Below are positions 19,591 through 27,040 of a stretch of 64,000 nt of DNA, one piece after another; position 1 is the stretch's first letter, and every line of letters starts with the position of its first letter. The translations under genes were made by a program, and so were the position numbers. Origin of the DNA: Candidatus Omnitrophota bacterium (GTDB lineage: Bacteria > Omnitrophota > Gorgyraeia > Duberdicusellales > Duberdicusellaceae); assembly GCA_016932855.1 (NCBI GenBank), contig JAFGCB010000014.1, positions 6,496 through 70,495 of the forward strand. The letters run 5' to 3'. The notes under the pieces were generated by a model, which did not search any database, was not told the DNA's origin, and saw nothing but the letters and a program-made list of their open reading frames with translations.

Positions 19591-20432
19591 CTATCTATAA
19601 AATCTAAAGAGCTTTGATCGGGAAGAAAACCGAAATCATGGCAGGAAACAGCGCCGGCTAAGCAGCCACAAAAATCAAGAGTAAAATCCGTTCCTTGCTT
19701 ATCCCAAAAAGGAGGAAAAGAGCAGACAAAAAGTCGCGAAACAGCTTCAATCTCTTTTAAGGCTTTAAGGCTATTTTCAGCGGCGTGTCTTAAGAAAAAT
19801 ATTTTCTCTAAAGGAACCTTACCGGAAGAACAAGCCTTTACATCTCCATACCAGGGCGTTCCGTACATCCAGAATCCCTGCTTGTCTTTACGGACAATAA
19901 TCCTATCGTCATTTAAGATATCCACCCCTTCTTTATCCTTCCATAACTTAGCGATGGTACTTTTGCCGGCTCCAGAGCTACCAACAAACAAAAAACCCTT
20001 ATTTTTATAACTGACCCCGCAGGAATGAAGAATTATACCCTTTCCCTTGGAAAGCAGATTTATCATAAGTATTTCCCCTAAAGGATATTCCAAAGGGAAA
20101 TTATAGCCGTCATTACTGTCCCGGTCATCCAGGTAAATACTGCCGGAAGTAAAGACCTTATCAAAAACAGCCGTAGCCGAAGTAGTCCTTAATATCCGCA
20201 AATCACCCTGCTTTGATATGCTCCATGTCCCGGAGACATCAAAAAAAGCCTCCTCTTGAATCTGATTATCATAAAGCCTTTCAATAATCTTAAGATTTAT
20301 ATCAGCTTTTTCTTTAGTTACGAACCGACGATAGGAATTATTATACAAACGGCAGGAATTAATACTTGCCGGATTAAGAGATATTACTATATCTCCCAAA
20401 GAAAATCTTAATTCATTTCCTGCCTTAGCCAT
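19581..20432 (-). CDS. HPr-kinase-like P-loop protein (ScmC/lasso-kinase-like)
   Basis: ILHSCGV..GFLFVGSSGAGKST..ILNDDRIIV..YGTPW. Confidence 0.78.
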   Translation of the reverse strand: MAKAGNELRFSLGDIVISLNPASINSCRLYNNSYRRFVTKEKADINLKIIERLYDNQIQEEAFFDVSGTWSISKQGDLRILRTTSATAVFDKVFTSGSIYLDDRDSNDGYNFPLEYPLGEILMINLLSKGKGIILHSCGVSYKNKGFLFVGSSGAGKSTIAKLWKDKEGVDILNDDRIIVRKDKQGFWMYGTPWYGDVKACSSGKVPLEKIFFLRHAAENSLKALKEIEAVSRLFVCSFPPFWDKQGTDFTLDFCGCLAGAVSCHDFGFLPDQSSLDFIDSCP

Positions 20433-20488
20433 ATTATCTACCCAAAAAGAAATAGTTTCATTCCGAAGGTAAGAAATTTATACGGCTG

Positions 20489-20653
20489 TTAACTTCCGCT
20501 GTCCTTAGAGCACTTACCAGGATTAACAGGCGGACAAGACTCGCTTTTTCCGTTTGAGCCGTCGCTTCTTTTGCATCCTGTAAGCAAGGCTTCCTGGGGA
20601 ACTAAGTCAACTTGGCTTAGTGCCGGTTTTTGATAGGTTTTTTTTGTCATCAT
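20489..20653 (-). CDS. Putative RiPP precursor peptide, 54 aa (absent from ORF track)
   Basis: MMTKKTYQKPALSQVDLVPQEALLTGCKRSDGSNGKSESCPPVNPGKCSKDSGS*; SD AAGGAGG at 20664-20670; lies directly downstream of rSAM/SPASM gene. Confidence 0.85.
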   Translation of the reverse strand: MMTKKTYQKPALSQVDLVPQEALLTGCKRSDGSNGKSESCPPVNPGKCSKDSGS

Positions 20654-20697
20654 ACTCTGTATACCTCCTTAAAAATAATCCGCTTTTAAGCGTTCTT

Positions 20698-21777
20698 TTA
20701 ATAAACTGCCGGCTTAATCAAGCCTAAAGCCTCAGCCCTTAGATGAGCGACCTTGCAAAGATACTCGACCGGCTTTTGGGGATCGGAATTTTCAAGCTGG
20801 CCCCAGCCCGGACACTGTCCGCAAAGAGAGATTAGTTCACAGCTGTTACATCTGTAATCACTGCTGCACTTCCGGGATAAGACTTCAGGGACTCTATCAT
20901 ACCAGACTTCCTTAAAGCTGTTTTTTAGAAGACTAAAACTCTGGGCCCGGGACATCTCGCAGACAGTCAAATACCCGTAAGGGTCGATATTAAAGGAATT
21001 TACTCCCGCTCCGCAGATATAGAGATTATCCGAGCCTGTGCCACCCCAGAACTGCTCACAGAACTGTCTTAACTCCTGGGCCCTCTTGTAAGAAGCAAAA
21101 TCAAGCTCAACTACCTGACTGGGCAGAACTCTAAACTTACAGGGCTCTTTACAGCCGTCAAGTCTGGGGTTAATTCCTGTATCTAATCTAAAACTTAAGC
21201 CTAAATCTTGAGCAAACTTCTCCATGCTCCGGACTTCATCAAAGTTTAAATTCATAACCATAGTCTTTAAGCTAAGGGGTAATTTACGCTCTCTTAAAAT
21301 ATCAATTCCTTTAAGGCACTCTTTGAAAGAGCCGGGCACTCCGGTAATCTTCTCGTGGGTTTCCTTAGATGCACCGTAGATACTTACTTCTATGCGGAAA
21401 GGCGGATACTCTCTTAAATAATCGGCGATATAATCGGTAACCAGCGTAGCGTTAGTAAACAAAGTAATAATCATGCCTTTATTTTTTGCATAGCCATAGA
21501 TATCCAAAAAGTCTTTCCTTAAAAGCGGCTCTCCGCCGGTTATAAGAAGCCAAAGACAGCCGGAAGCGGCAATCTCGTCCAGAAGACGGCTAATCTCCTT
21601 AAAGCTTAGCTCCTTTTCTTTAATATCATGAAGGCAGTAGCAATGCACACAACCCATGTTGCAGCGGAAAGTAAGCTCTATGGTCCCGCAAATAGGAGTA
21701 CGGTCCTTCTTTACTTTGGAATGAATCTTTTGGCTAAACTTACTGTAAGGTATTTTTACCAGGGGACGGCAATCCAT
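20698..21777 (-). CDS. Radical SAM/SPASM peptide maturase
   Basis: CNMGCVHC, ITGGEPLLR, SPASM YICGAG..IDPYG..VC....CNSCELISLCGQCPG..YLC. Confidence 0.92.
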   Translation of the reverse strand: MDCRPLVKIPYSKFSQKIHSKVKKDRTPICGTIELTFRCNMGCVHCYCLHDIKEKELSFKEISRLLDEIAASGCLWLLITGGEPLLRKDFLDIYGYAKNKGMIITLFTNATLVTDYIADYLREYPPFRIEVSIYGASKETHEKITGVPGSFKECLKGIDILRERKLPLSLKTMVMNLNFDEVRSMEKFAQDLGLSFRLDTGINPRLDGCKEPCKFRVLPSQVVELDFASYKRAQELRQFCEQFWGGTGSDNLYICGAGVNSFNIDPYGYLTVCEMSRAQSFSLLKNSFKEVWYDRVPEVLSRKCSSDYRCNSCELISLCGQCPGWGQLENSDPQKPVEYLCKVAHLRAEALGLIKPAVY

Positions 21778-21779
21778 CT

Positions 21780-22070
21780 TTAAACTTCCTCTATCCCTTT
21801 TATCCGTAATAAATTATCTAAGAATTCCTTAAGGTCCTGCTCTGCTTCTTTAACAGATACGTCAAATTCCTCAGCAAGCTTGTCCCTGATGCGGGTTAAG
21901 CTTATTTCCGGGTCAATTAATTCCCAAATCCTGGAAGCGACTTCATTTAAGGTATAAATACTCTGCAGATCACCTACGTTATTACTAATAGGCACCAAGA
22001 TAGACTCCTCAGCGATTTTTCTAAAGACAATATCGGGATTTTTCTTATAGCGTTTATCCAAGACTTGCAT
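21780..22070 (-). CDS. PqqD-family RiPP recognition element (stand-alone RRE)
   Basis: Probable start MQVLDKRYKKNP (ATG 22070); IVFRKIAEESILVP..IYTLNEVASRIWELID..LAEEFDVS..EQDLKEFLDNL. Confidence 0.88.
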   Translation of the reverse strand: MQVLDKRYKKNPDIVFRKIAEESILVPISNNVGDLQSIYTLNEVASRIWELIDPEISLTRIRDKLAEEFDVSVKEAEQDLKEFLDNLLRIKGIEEV

Positions 22071-22077
22071 ATTTTTA

Positions 22078-22950
22078 TTACCAGACTTTAGCCCCGCGGG
22101 AAAAGCCTTGGGCTTTGGTAGCATTATCTAAGATAGGTCCGAATAAGGTGCTTAGAAAATAATTTACATCAGCGATAAACTTCTTAGGGACAAATACAAT
22201 ATTTCCGGATGCCAAAGTAATGTTCTGCTGACTTGAAGGCTTATGGATAGCTTTATTTAAATCAAACCTTTCGGCCTTGGGATTATCAAAGCCGTCTTTT
22301 ACCACGATAACGCTTGAAGCAACCGAATGACTGGTAAAGCCTCCGGCTAAAGCTATAACTTCCAAAAGATTAGTTGCCCCGGAAATAGAATATACACCGG
22401 GATAAACCACTTCACCCAAGACGATTACTTTACCTAAGCCTATCTTGCGCAAAGAGATAGAAACATCAGGAAAACGAATGTATTCCTTTAACTTTGCGGT
22501 TATCTTTTCATCAAGCTGACCCACGCTAAGACCTGAAGCCTGGACTTCGTCTACTAAGGGTAAGGAAATCTTTCCGTCAGGCCTTACAATTGTCTCCTGA
22601 TCAAGGTCAGGGTTCTCCCAAACCGATATAAAAAGGGTATCTCCCTGACCGATAATATAGGCTCCGGATTGAGCATCGGCAGCAGTAACTGGCTGAGCTT
22701 CCTCTAATCCTAAAGGCTCTTCAACCCTGGCGACACGGGAAAGCCTTTCTTTATCTTTAAGAAATTGAAGGGATCTTTTGAACTCTCTTTCCGCTTCCTT
22801 ATAAAGACCGTGCTCGTAATAAATCGTCCCCACCCGGTAATGCTGGCGGGCCTTCTGCTCAAGGTCCTGGGAATAAAGAAGGCTACCGGCTGCTAAAAAT
22901 AAAATAAAACTTACGCTTAAAAAAGATAATCTCATGCCATTTGCAGACAT
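22078..22950 (-). CDS. wza: Polysaccharide export protein (Wza/OPX: Poly_export + SLBB) with N-terminal TPR
   Basis: YIIGQGDTLFISVW..VRPDGKISLPLVDEVQASGL; VLGEVVYPG..ALAGGF; TPR-like ARQHYRVGTIYYEHGLYKEAEREFKRSL. Confidence 0.85.
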   Translation of the reverse strand: MSANGMRLSFLSVSFILFLAAGSLLYSQDLEQKARQHYRVGTIYYEHGLYKEAEREFKRSLQFLKDKERLSRVARVEEPLGLEEAQPVTAADAQSGAYIIGQGDTLFISVWENPDLDQETIVRPDGKISLPLVDEVQASGLSVGQLDEKITAKLKEYIRFPDVSISLRKIGLGKVIVLGEVVYPGVYSISGATNLLEVIALAGGFTSHSVASSVIVVKDGFDNPKAERFDLNKAIHKPSSQQNITLASGNIVFVPKKFIADVNYFLSTLFGPILDNATKAQGFSRGAKVW

Positions 22951-22991
22951 AGCGGATAAAAACCTTTTTCTTTTTAATCCTGCTTTACCGC

Positions 22992-24410
22992 CTATTCAAG
23001 TTCCTGCCCGGAAGCCTGGCCGCTCTCGATAGACTGAAGAATCACCTCGACTTTGCTGCGCAGCTCATCAGCGTCCTCTTCCTTAGATAAGTCATCCTGC
23101 AGGCTTCCTCCCAAATCCATCTGACCTATCTTTTCTTTGGTAAGCGGCTCTGCCTCTAAAGTTACGTCTTCGCCCAAAAGATTGGATACCTCCCGCAGGC
23201 GTTCCTGAAGGGCGGTATTCAAACTCGTAGTTTGAGAAAGTCTTTCCAATATCTTTCTCTGATTCTCTTCGCTGCTTTTAAAAGCCTCTTCTAATTTTTC
23301 GGATTTCTCCTTTAGATAAGAAATCTGGTCTTTAATTCCGGTGATCTGCTTCTCCTTTTCGTCCAGCTCCAAGTCTTTTCGATAAAGGACATCGGAAAGC
23401 TCTTTAAGCTGGTCCCGTAATCTGTTATAAAGAGAAGTTACTGTTCTTAATCTTTCGTTCTGCAGCCTTACTTTCTCCTGCAATGCTATGGATTCGGTGC
23501 TACCGGCTATCTGGTATTCTTTCAGTTTTTCCTCAAGATCATAGACGGCTTTGCTCTTTTGGTCTAAATCAGAGTTTAGCTTAACTATCTGGTCCTGAAA
23601 ACTTTTATTGCGAAACTGAAGTTCCTCTATATCCCTTTTATATCCTTCGATCTCTACTATCAAATCGTCTTTGTTTTTATTATACGACGAGAGCTTGTCC
23701 TCAAAAGCAAGCTTCTCTTTGTCCTTTTCCTCCAATTGCCTGGTAAGCTCTTCTATGCGTCTCTGCAAAAATTGAGAGGGCTTTTCGCCGGCCAACTCCT
23801 TCTGGTATCTTTCTATGTTTTTCTTAAGAAAGTCTCTTTCTTTTATGCTTTGGGCATACCTATCTTTAAGCTCTCCCAACTCCCTGATAAGACTCTGGGT
23901 CTGTCTGTCTTTTTCTTTTATCTGCATCTTTAAACGGTTAAACTGTTCTTGCTCAAAAGCGATGTCCTGTCTGCTTTCTAAATTTAATATTTTTACCTTA
24001 GCCTCCTGCAACTGGCTTGAAAAAGTATCCAATTCTTTGATATTGGCCTGCATTTGGTTTTTCAAGGCAAAATTTTCACCTCGCAAGACATCGGATTGAG
24101 CCTTAATACTGGTCAACTCAGAGTTTAAGCTGTTAATCATATCCTGAGCGGCTGAAAGCGCCCTTTTTAAACGCTGGGGATAACTCAATTCATCTACCTT
24201 ATCGCCTAAATCATCAAGTTCGGCTTGTTTGTCTACTAAAGAAGCTGTAAGCTGCTCAATCTTTTCCTCATAAGAGCTAACTTTCTCAAGAAGTGCGGCT
24301 TTTTCTCTTTGAAGAGAGCCTAAACTAAATCCGGAAAAAATAATAAAATAACCTGCTAACAAGGCTATGCTTGCGGCTAAAACCAAAAGGATAATATTTT
24401 TTTTAAACAT
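22992..24410 (-). CDS. N-terminally anchored long coiled-coil protein, unknown function
   Basis: Hydrophobic N-terminus, then ~400 aa of E/K/L/Q heptads. Confidence 0.75.
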   Translation of the reverse strand: MFKKNIILLVLAASIALLAGYFIIFSGFSLGSLQREKAALLEKVSSYEEKIEQLTASLVDKQAELDDLGDKVDELSYPQRLKRALSAAQDMINSLNSELTSIKAQSDVLRGENFALKNQMQANIKELDTFSSQLQEAKVKILNLESRQDIAFEQEQFNRLKMQIKEKDRQTQSLIRELGELKDRYAQSIKERDFLKKNIERYQKELAGEKPSQFLQRRIEELTRQLEEKDKEKLAFEDKLSSYNKNKDDLIVEIEGYKRDIEELQFRNKSFQDQIVKLNSDLDQKSKAVYDLEEKLKEYQIAGSTESIALQEKVRLQNERLRTVTSLYNRLRDQLKELSDVLYRKDLELDEKEKQITGIKDQISYLKEKSEKLEEAFKSSEENQRKILERLSQTTSLNTALQERLREVSNLLGEDVTLEAEPLTKEKIGQMDLGGSLQDDLSKEEDADELRSKVEVILQSIESGQASGQELE

Positions 24411-24420
24411 ATTCTTAAGC

Positions 24421-25476
24421 TTATGCGATATAAAACCCCGGGCTTCTGCTTAAATCTATTTCTTTGGGTTTTTCCAGGCGTCTTCCCTGAGAATCAATCA
24501 GAACTTTGACTAAAGGCGAGGTCGGCAAAGCGGGATTACGCCTTACGACAAAAGCTAACTCCTGGGTGTTTAAGGTAACCGGGGTTCCTCTGGGATAGAG
24601 GCCGACCTTCTCCAACAAAGCCTTTATAACTTTTTTACTGAAACTTTCTTTATTATTCAGAATTATTTTTATACACTCTTTGGCTGTATGTGCCGGCCGA
24701 TAAGGCCGTTTATGAGTAAGAGCCTCGTATACGTCAGCTAAGCCGACGATTCTGGCAAAATCATTTATCTGCTCGGCCTTAAGGCCACGGGGGTAACCTA
24801 GGCCGTTAAAACGTTCATGCTCCTGCTCCAGGGCAGCCAGTATAGAAACATCAATATCGAGCCTTATCTTTTTCAAGGCTTCCGAACCCTGTAGAGGGTG
24901 ATCTTTTATCTTTCGAAAATCAGATATGCTTAAACGCTGAGGCAGGCTGGCAATAGGTAAATAACGGCGCATACCTATGTCGTGAAGAAAGCCCGCCGCA
25001 CCAAGCTTTATTAGATCATCCTTTGATAAACTAAACCAATGTCCGATTTCTAAAGAAAGAATACAGACATTTACCAAATTCAGAGAAAGATAGTGCCCTG
25101 AAAAAGAATCATCGGAGAATATAAAATCAAAAAGCTCCTGGGTATCCTTTTCGATAAAATCCGAAAGCTCCCGTACGCAAGAAAAAATGTCACTGATGTT
25201 TATCTTCGGTGCCTCGCCTTTAAATACCTCCTCGGCTAGATTTAAAGCCCGGGAATATAAACTCTTAGCCTTGACGGAGCCTTTTTCATCAGAAAGGCTC
25301 TTTGGAATATTTAAATCTTTTTTAATCTTTGAAGAATCTAAGCTTTTTGCGCTCGATGTATCGCTCTGCCGGAAAGAAGGGAAATTAAGTTTATGAAGAG
25401 AAATTCTATCATCAACAGGTTCTTTGGAAGATTTTCTTTCATCTTCTCCTTTAGGAATCTTAGAAAAATCAACCAT
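24421..25476 (-). CDS. HD-GYP domain protein (possibly degenerate)
   Basis: LHDIGM, IKDHP, EQEHERFNGLGYPRGL, ADVYEALTHKRPYR. Confidence 0.85.
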   Translation of the reverse strand: MVDFSKIPKGEDERKSSKEPVDDRISLHKLNFPSFRQSDTSSAKSLDSSKIKKDLNIPKSLSDEKGSVKAKSLYSRALNLAEEVFKGEAPKINISDIFSCVRELSDFIEKDTQELFDFIFSDDSFSGHYLSLNLVNVCILSLEIGHWFSLSKDDLIKLGAAGFLHDIGMRRYLPIASLPQRLSISDFRKIKDHPLQGSEALKKIRLDIDVSILAALEQEHERFNGLGYPRGLKAEQINDFARIVGLADVYEALTHKRPYRPAHTAKECIKIILNNKESFSKKVIKALLEKVGLYPRGTPVTLNTQELAFVVRRNPALPTSPLVKVLIDSQGRRLEKPKEIDLSRSPGFYIA

Positions 25477-26311
25477 CTCCTTTTTCGCCTACTTGCTTGC
25501 AAAAACACTCCTCTAAATCTTTTTCAGCTTGAATTATTATTTCCTTATCGATTATGTCCAAATGCTTAATAAAACCGGTAAGAAGCGCCAGGTCGCAAAT
25601 ATTATTGATTATCCGGGGTATGCCGCCGGATAGCTCGTAAATCTGGCTATAGGCAGGCTCGGTAAATATGGCCCGATCAAGACCTGCGACATTCAAACGA
25701 TGAGCGATATATCTGGCTGTCTGTATGCTGTCAAAGGGATGAAGGTAATAACGGATAGAAAACCTCTGCTTAAGCTGAGGCGAACGGGATATATTCTCCA
25801 AAATAGAAGATTGACCCAAAAGAAGCAAGGTAAACAAGAAAGAATCATCGCGCTGAATATTCAAAAGAAGTCTTAATTCCTCGAGAAAATCCTCTTGGGC
25901 TATGCTCTGGGCTTCATCAACAACAAGCGCAGTATAAAAACCGCTGTCAAAATTATCTTGAAGACTCCTACTTATGGCGTGAAGTAAATCTACTTTATCC
26001 ATGGATGAGAATCCATCAGAGCCGGACAACTGATATTGTATCTCTTTTAATAAATCAACCGGGCTTAAGCGGGGATTGGATATGACCACGAATCTGAACT
26101 GATTCTGGCCGCACTCCCTTATAAGAGCTTTGCTTAAAAGGGTCTTTCCCATGCCGTATTCTCCGGTCAAGAAAAAAGCGGGCTTATGCTCCCAAACCGC
26201 ATAACTCATACGCGATAAAGCTTCCCTGTGCTCGGGAGAATAATAAAAAAAAGTAGGATCAACCGTATTTTCGAAAGGCTTTTTTATAAGCTTCCAATAC
26301 TCGTTATATAT
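25469..26311 (-). CDS. ExeA/GspA-family AAA ATPase (extended to apparent ATA start)
   Basis: TGEYGMGKT, VVDEAQ, LRLLLN, LLGQ, SGGIPRIINNICD; upstream in-frame IYNEYWKLIKKPFENTVDPTFFY after AGGAGG. Confidence 0.85.
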   Translation of the reverse strand: MYNEYWKLIKKPFENTVDPTFFYYSPEHREALSRMSYAVWEHKPAFFLTGEYGMGKTLLSKALIRECGQNQFRFVVISNPRLSPVDLLKEIQYQLSGSDGFSSMDKVDLLHAISRSLQDNFDSGFYTALVVDEAQSIAQEDFLEELRLLLNIQRDDSFLFTLLLLGQSSILENISRSPQLKQRFSIRYYLHPFDSIQTARYIAHRLNVAGLDRAIFTEPAYSQIYELSGGIPRIINNICDLALLTGFIKHLDIIDKEIIIQAEKDLEECFCKQVGEKGDG

Positions 26312-26325
26312 AGTTACCTCCTGTT

Positions 26326-26856
26326 TTATTGTTGCGGCTCTTGGGCCAAGATCTTCCTCTTGGAAAGACTCTTAAAAGAATAATCTTCGGAACCCTCGGG
26401 CTTGGGAAAGCTTATTACGCCGCCCATGCTACTTAAATCCGGGGATATTTCGCCTCGAAAGAAGGTAACCTGGTTTTCGCTTGACTGCATAGTCTCCCAA
26501 ACCACTTGTCCGTCATCCTTAAGAGATAAGGTGTAATTGGAAGGGCTAAACCCCTCTGCGACAAGCTTCTTTGAAGAAACCTGATAACCGCTAAAGACAA
26601 GGACATCTTTACTGGTATTTCCTTTCTGGGGACCGGAAGAAACCCTCATTTCAACATCCCACTCGGTATCGTTTAAAGCTTCCTGCTTCTGAGAAATCAC
26701 TTCTCTTTTTCTCTGCATCTCCAATTCCGCCTGAGATAAAGCTTTTTCTTTCCCGGCATCTTTGGCCTTGGAAGGGACTCTTCCGGAAGAGCCGTTACAG
26801 CCATATCCTACAAATACACAGATAACAAACACCGCGATAGAAATAAACCGCGTCAT
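26326..26856 (-). CDS. Lipoprotein of unknown function
   Basis: Probable start MTRFISIAVFVICVFVGYGC (lipobox-like Cys); beta-rich C-terminal domain. Confidence 0.7.
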   Translation of the reverse strand: MTRFISIAVFVICVFVGYGCNGSSGRVPSKAKDAGKEKALSQAELEMQRKREVISQKQEALNDTEWDVEMRVSSGPQKGNTSKDVLVFSGYQVSSKKLVAEGFSPSNYTLSLKDDGQVVWETMQSSENQVTFFRGEISPDLSSMGGVISFPKPEGSEDYSFKSLSKRKILAQEPQQ

Positions 26857-26874
26857 CCTTCCCCCTTTCAATGA

Positions 26875-26921
26875 CCCCGCGCCTTTGTTTTATCCACGAT
26901 GAATGGCTCAAAGGTGCGGGG
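26875..26921. repeat. 47-bp palindromic element (REP/MITE-like), copy 1
   Basis: ccccgcgcctttg-21 nt-caaaggtgcgggg. Confidence 0.75.
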
Positions 26922-27040
26922 GGAATTGACCTCGAACCCCGGCTTCGCCGGGATAAGAGATCTTATTTAGATTGATCCGTTTTCAACAAGTCCTGCTTCC
27001 AGCGGGACGAAATATCTTATCTAGATTAATCAACCGCAGT

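Noticed and set aside
20489-20653. Lasso peptide interpretation (YxxPxL leader, Thr at -2 before Cys)
   Set aside because: No Asp/Glu at core positions 7-9 from either G26 or C27, and no asparagine-synthetase-like cyclase or transglutaminase B2 gene in the window; the maturase is a radical SAM.
20698-22070. PQQ biosynthesis (pqqD/pqqE)
   Set aside because: No pqqB/pqqC, and the peptide core lacks the ExxxY motif of PqqA.
21780-22124. ORF-track start of the PqqD gene at 22124
   Set aside because: It overlaps wza by 47 nt; ATG at 22070 gives a typical ~96-aa RRE.
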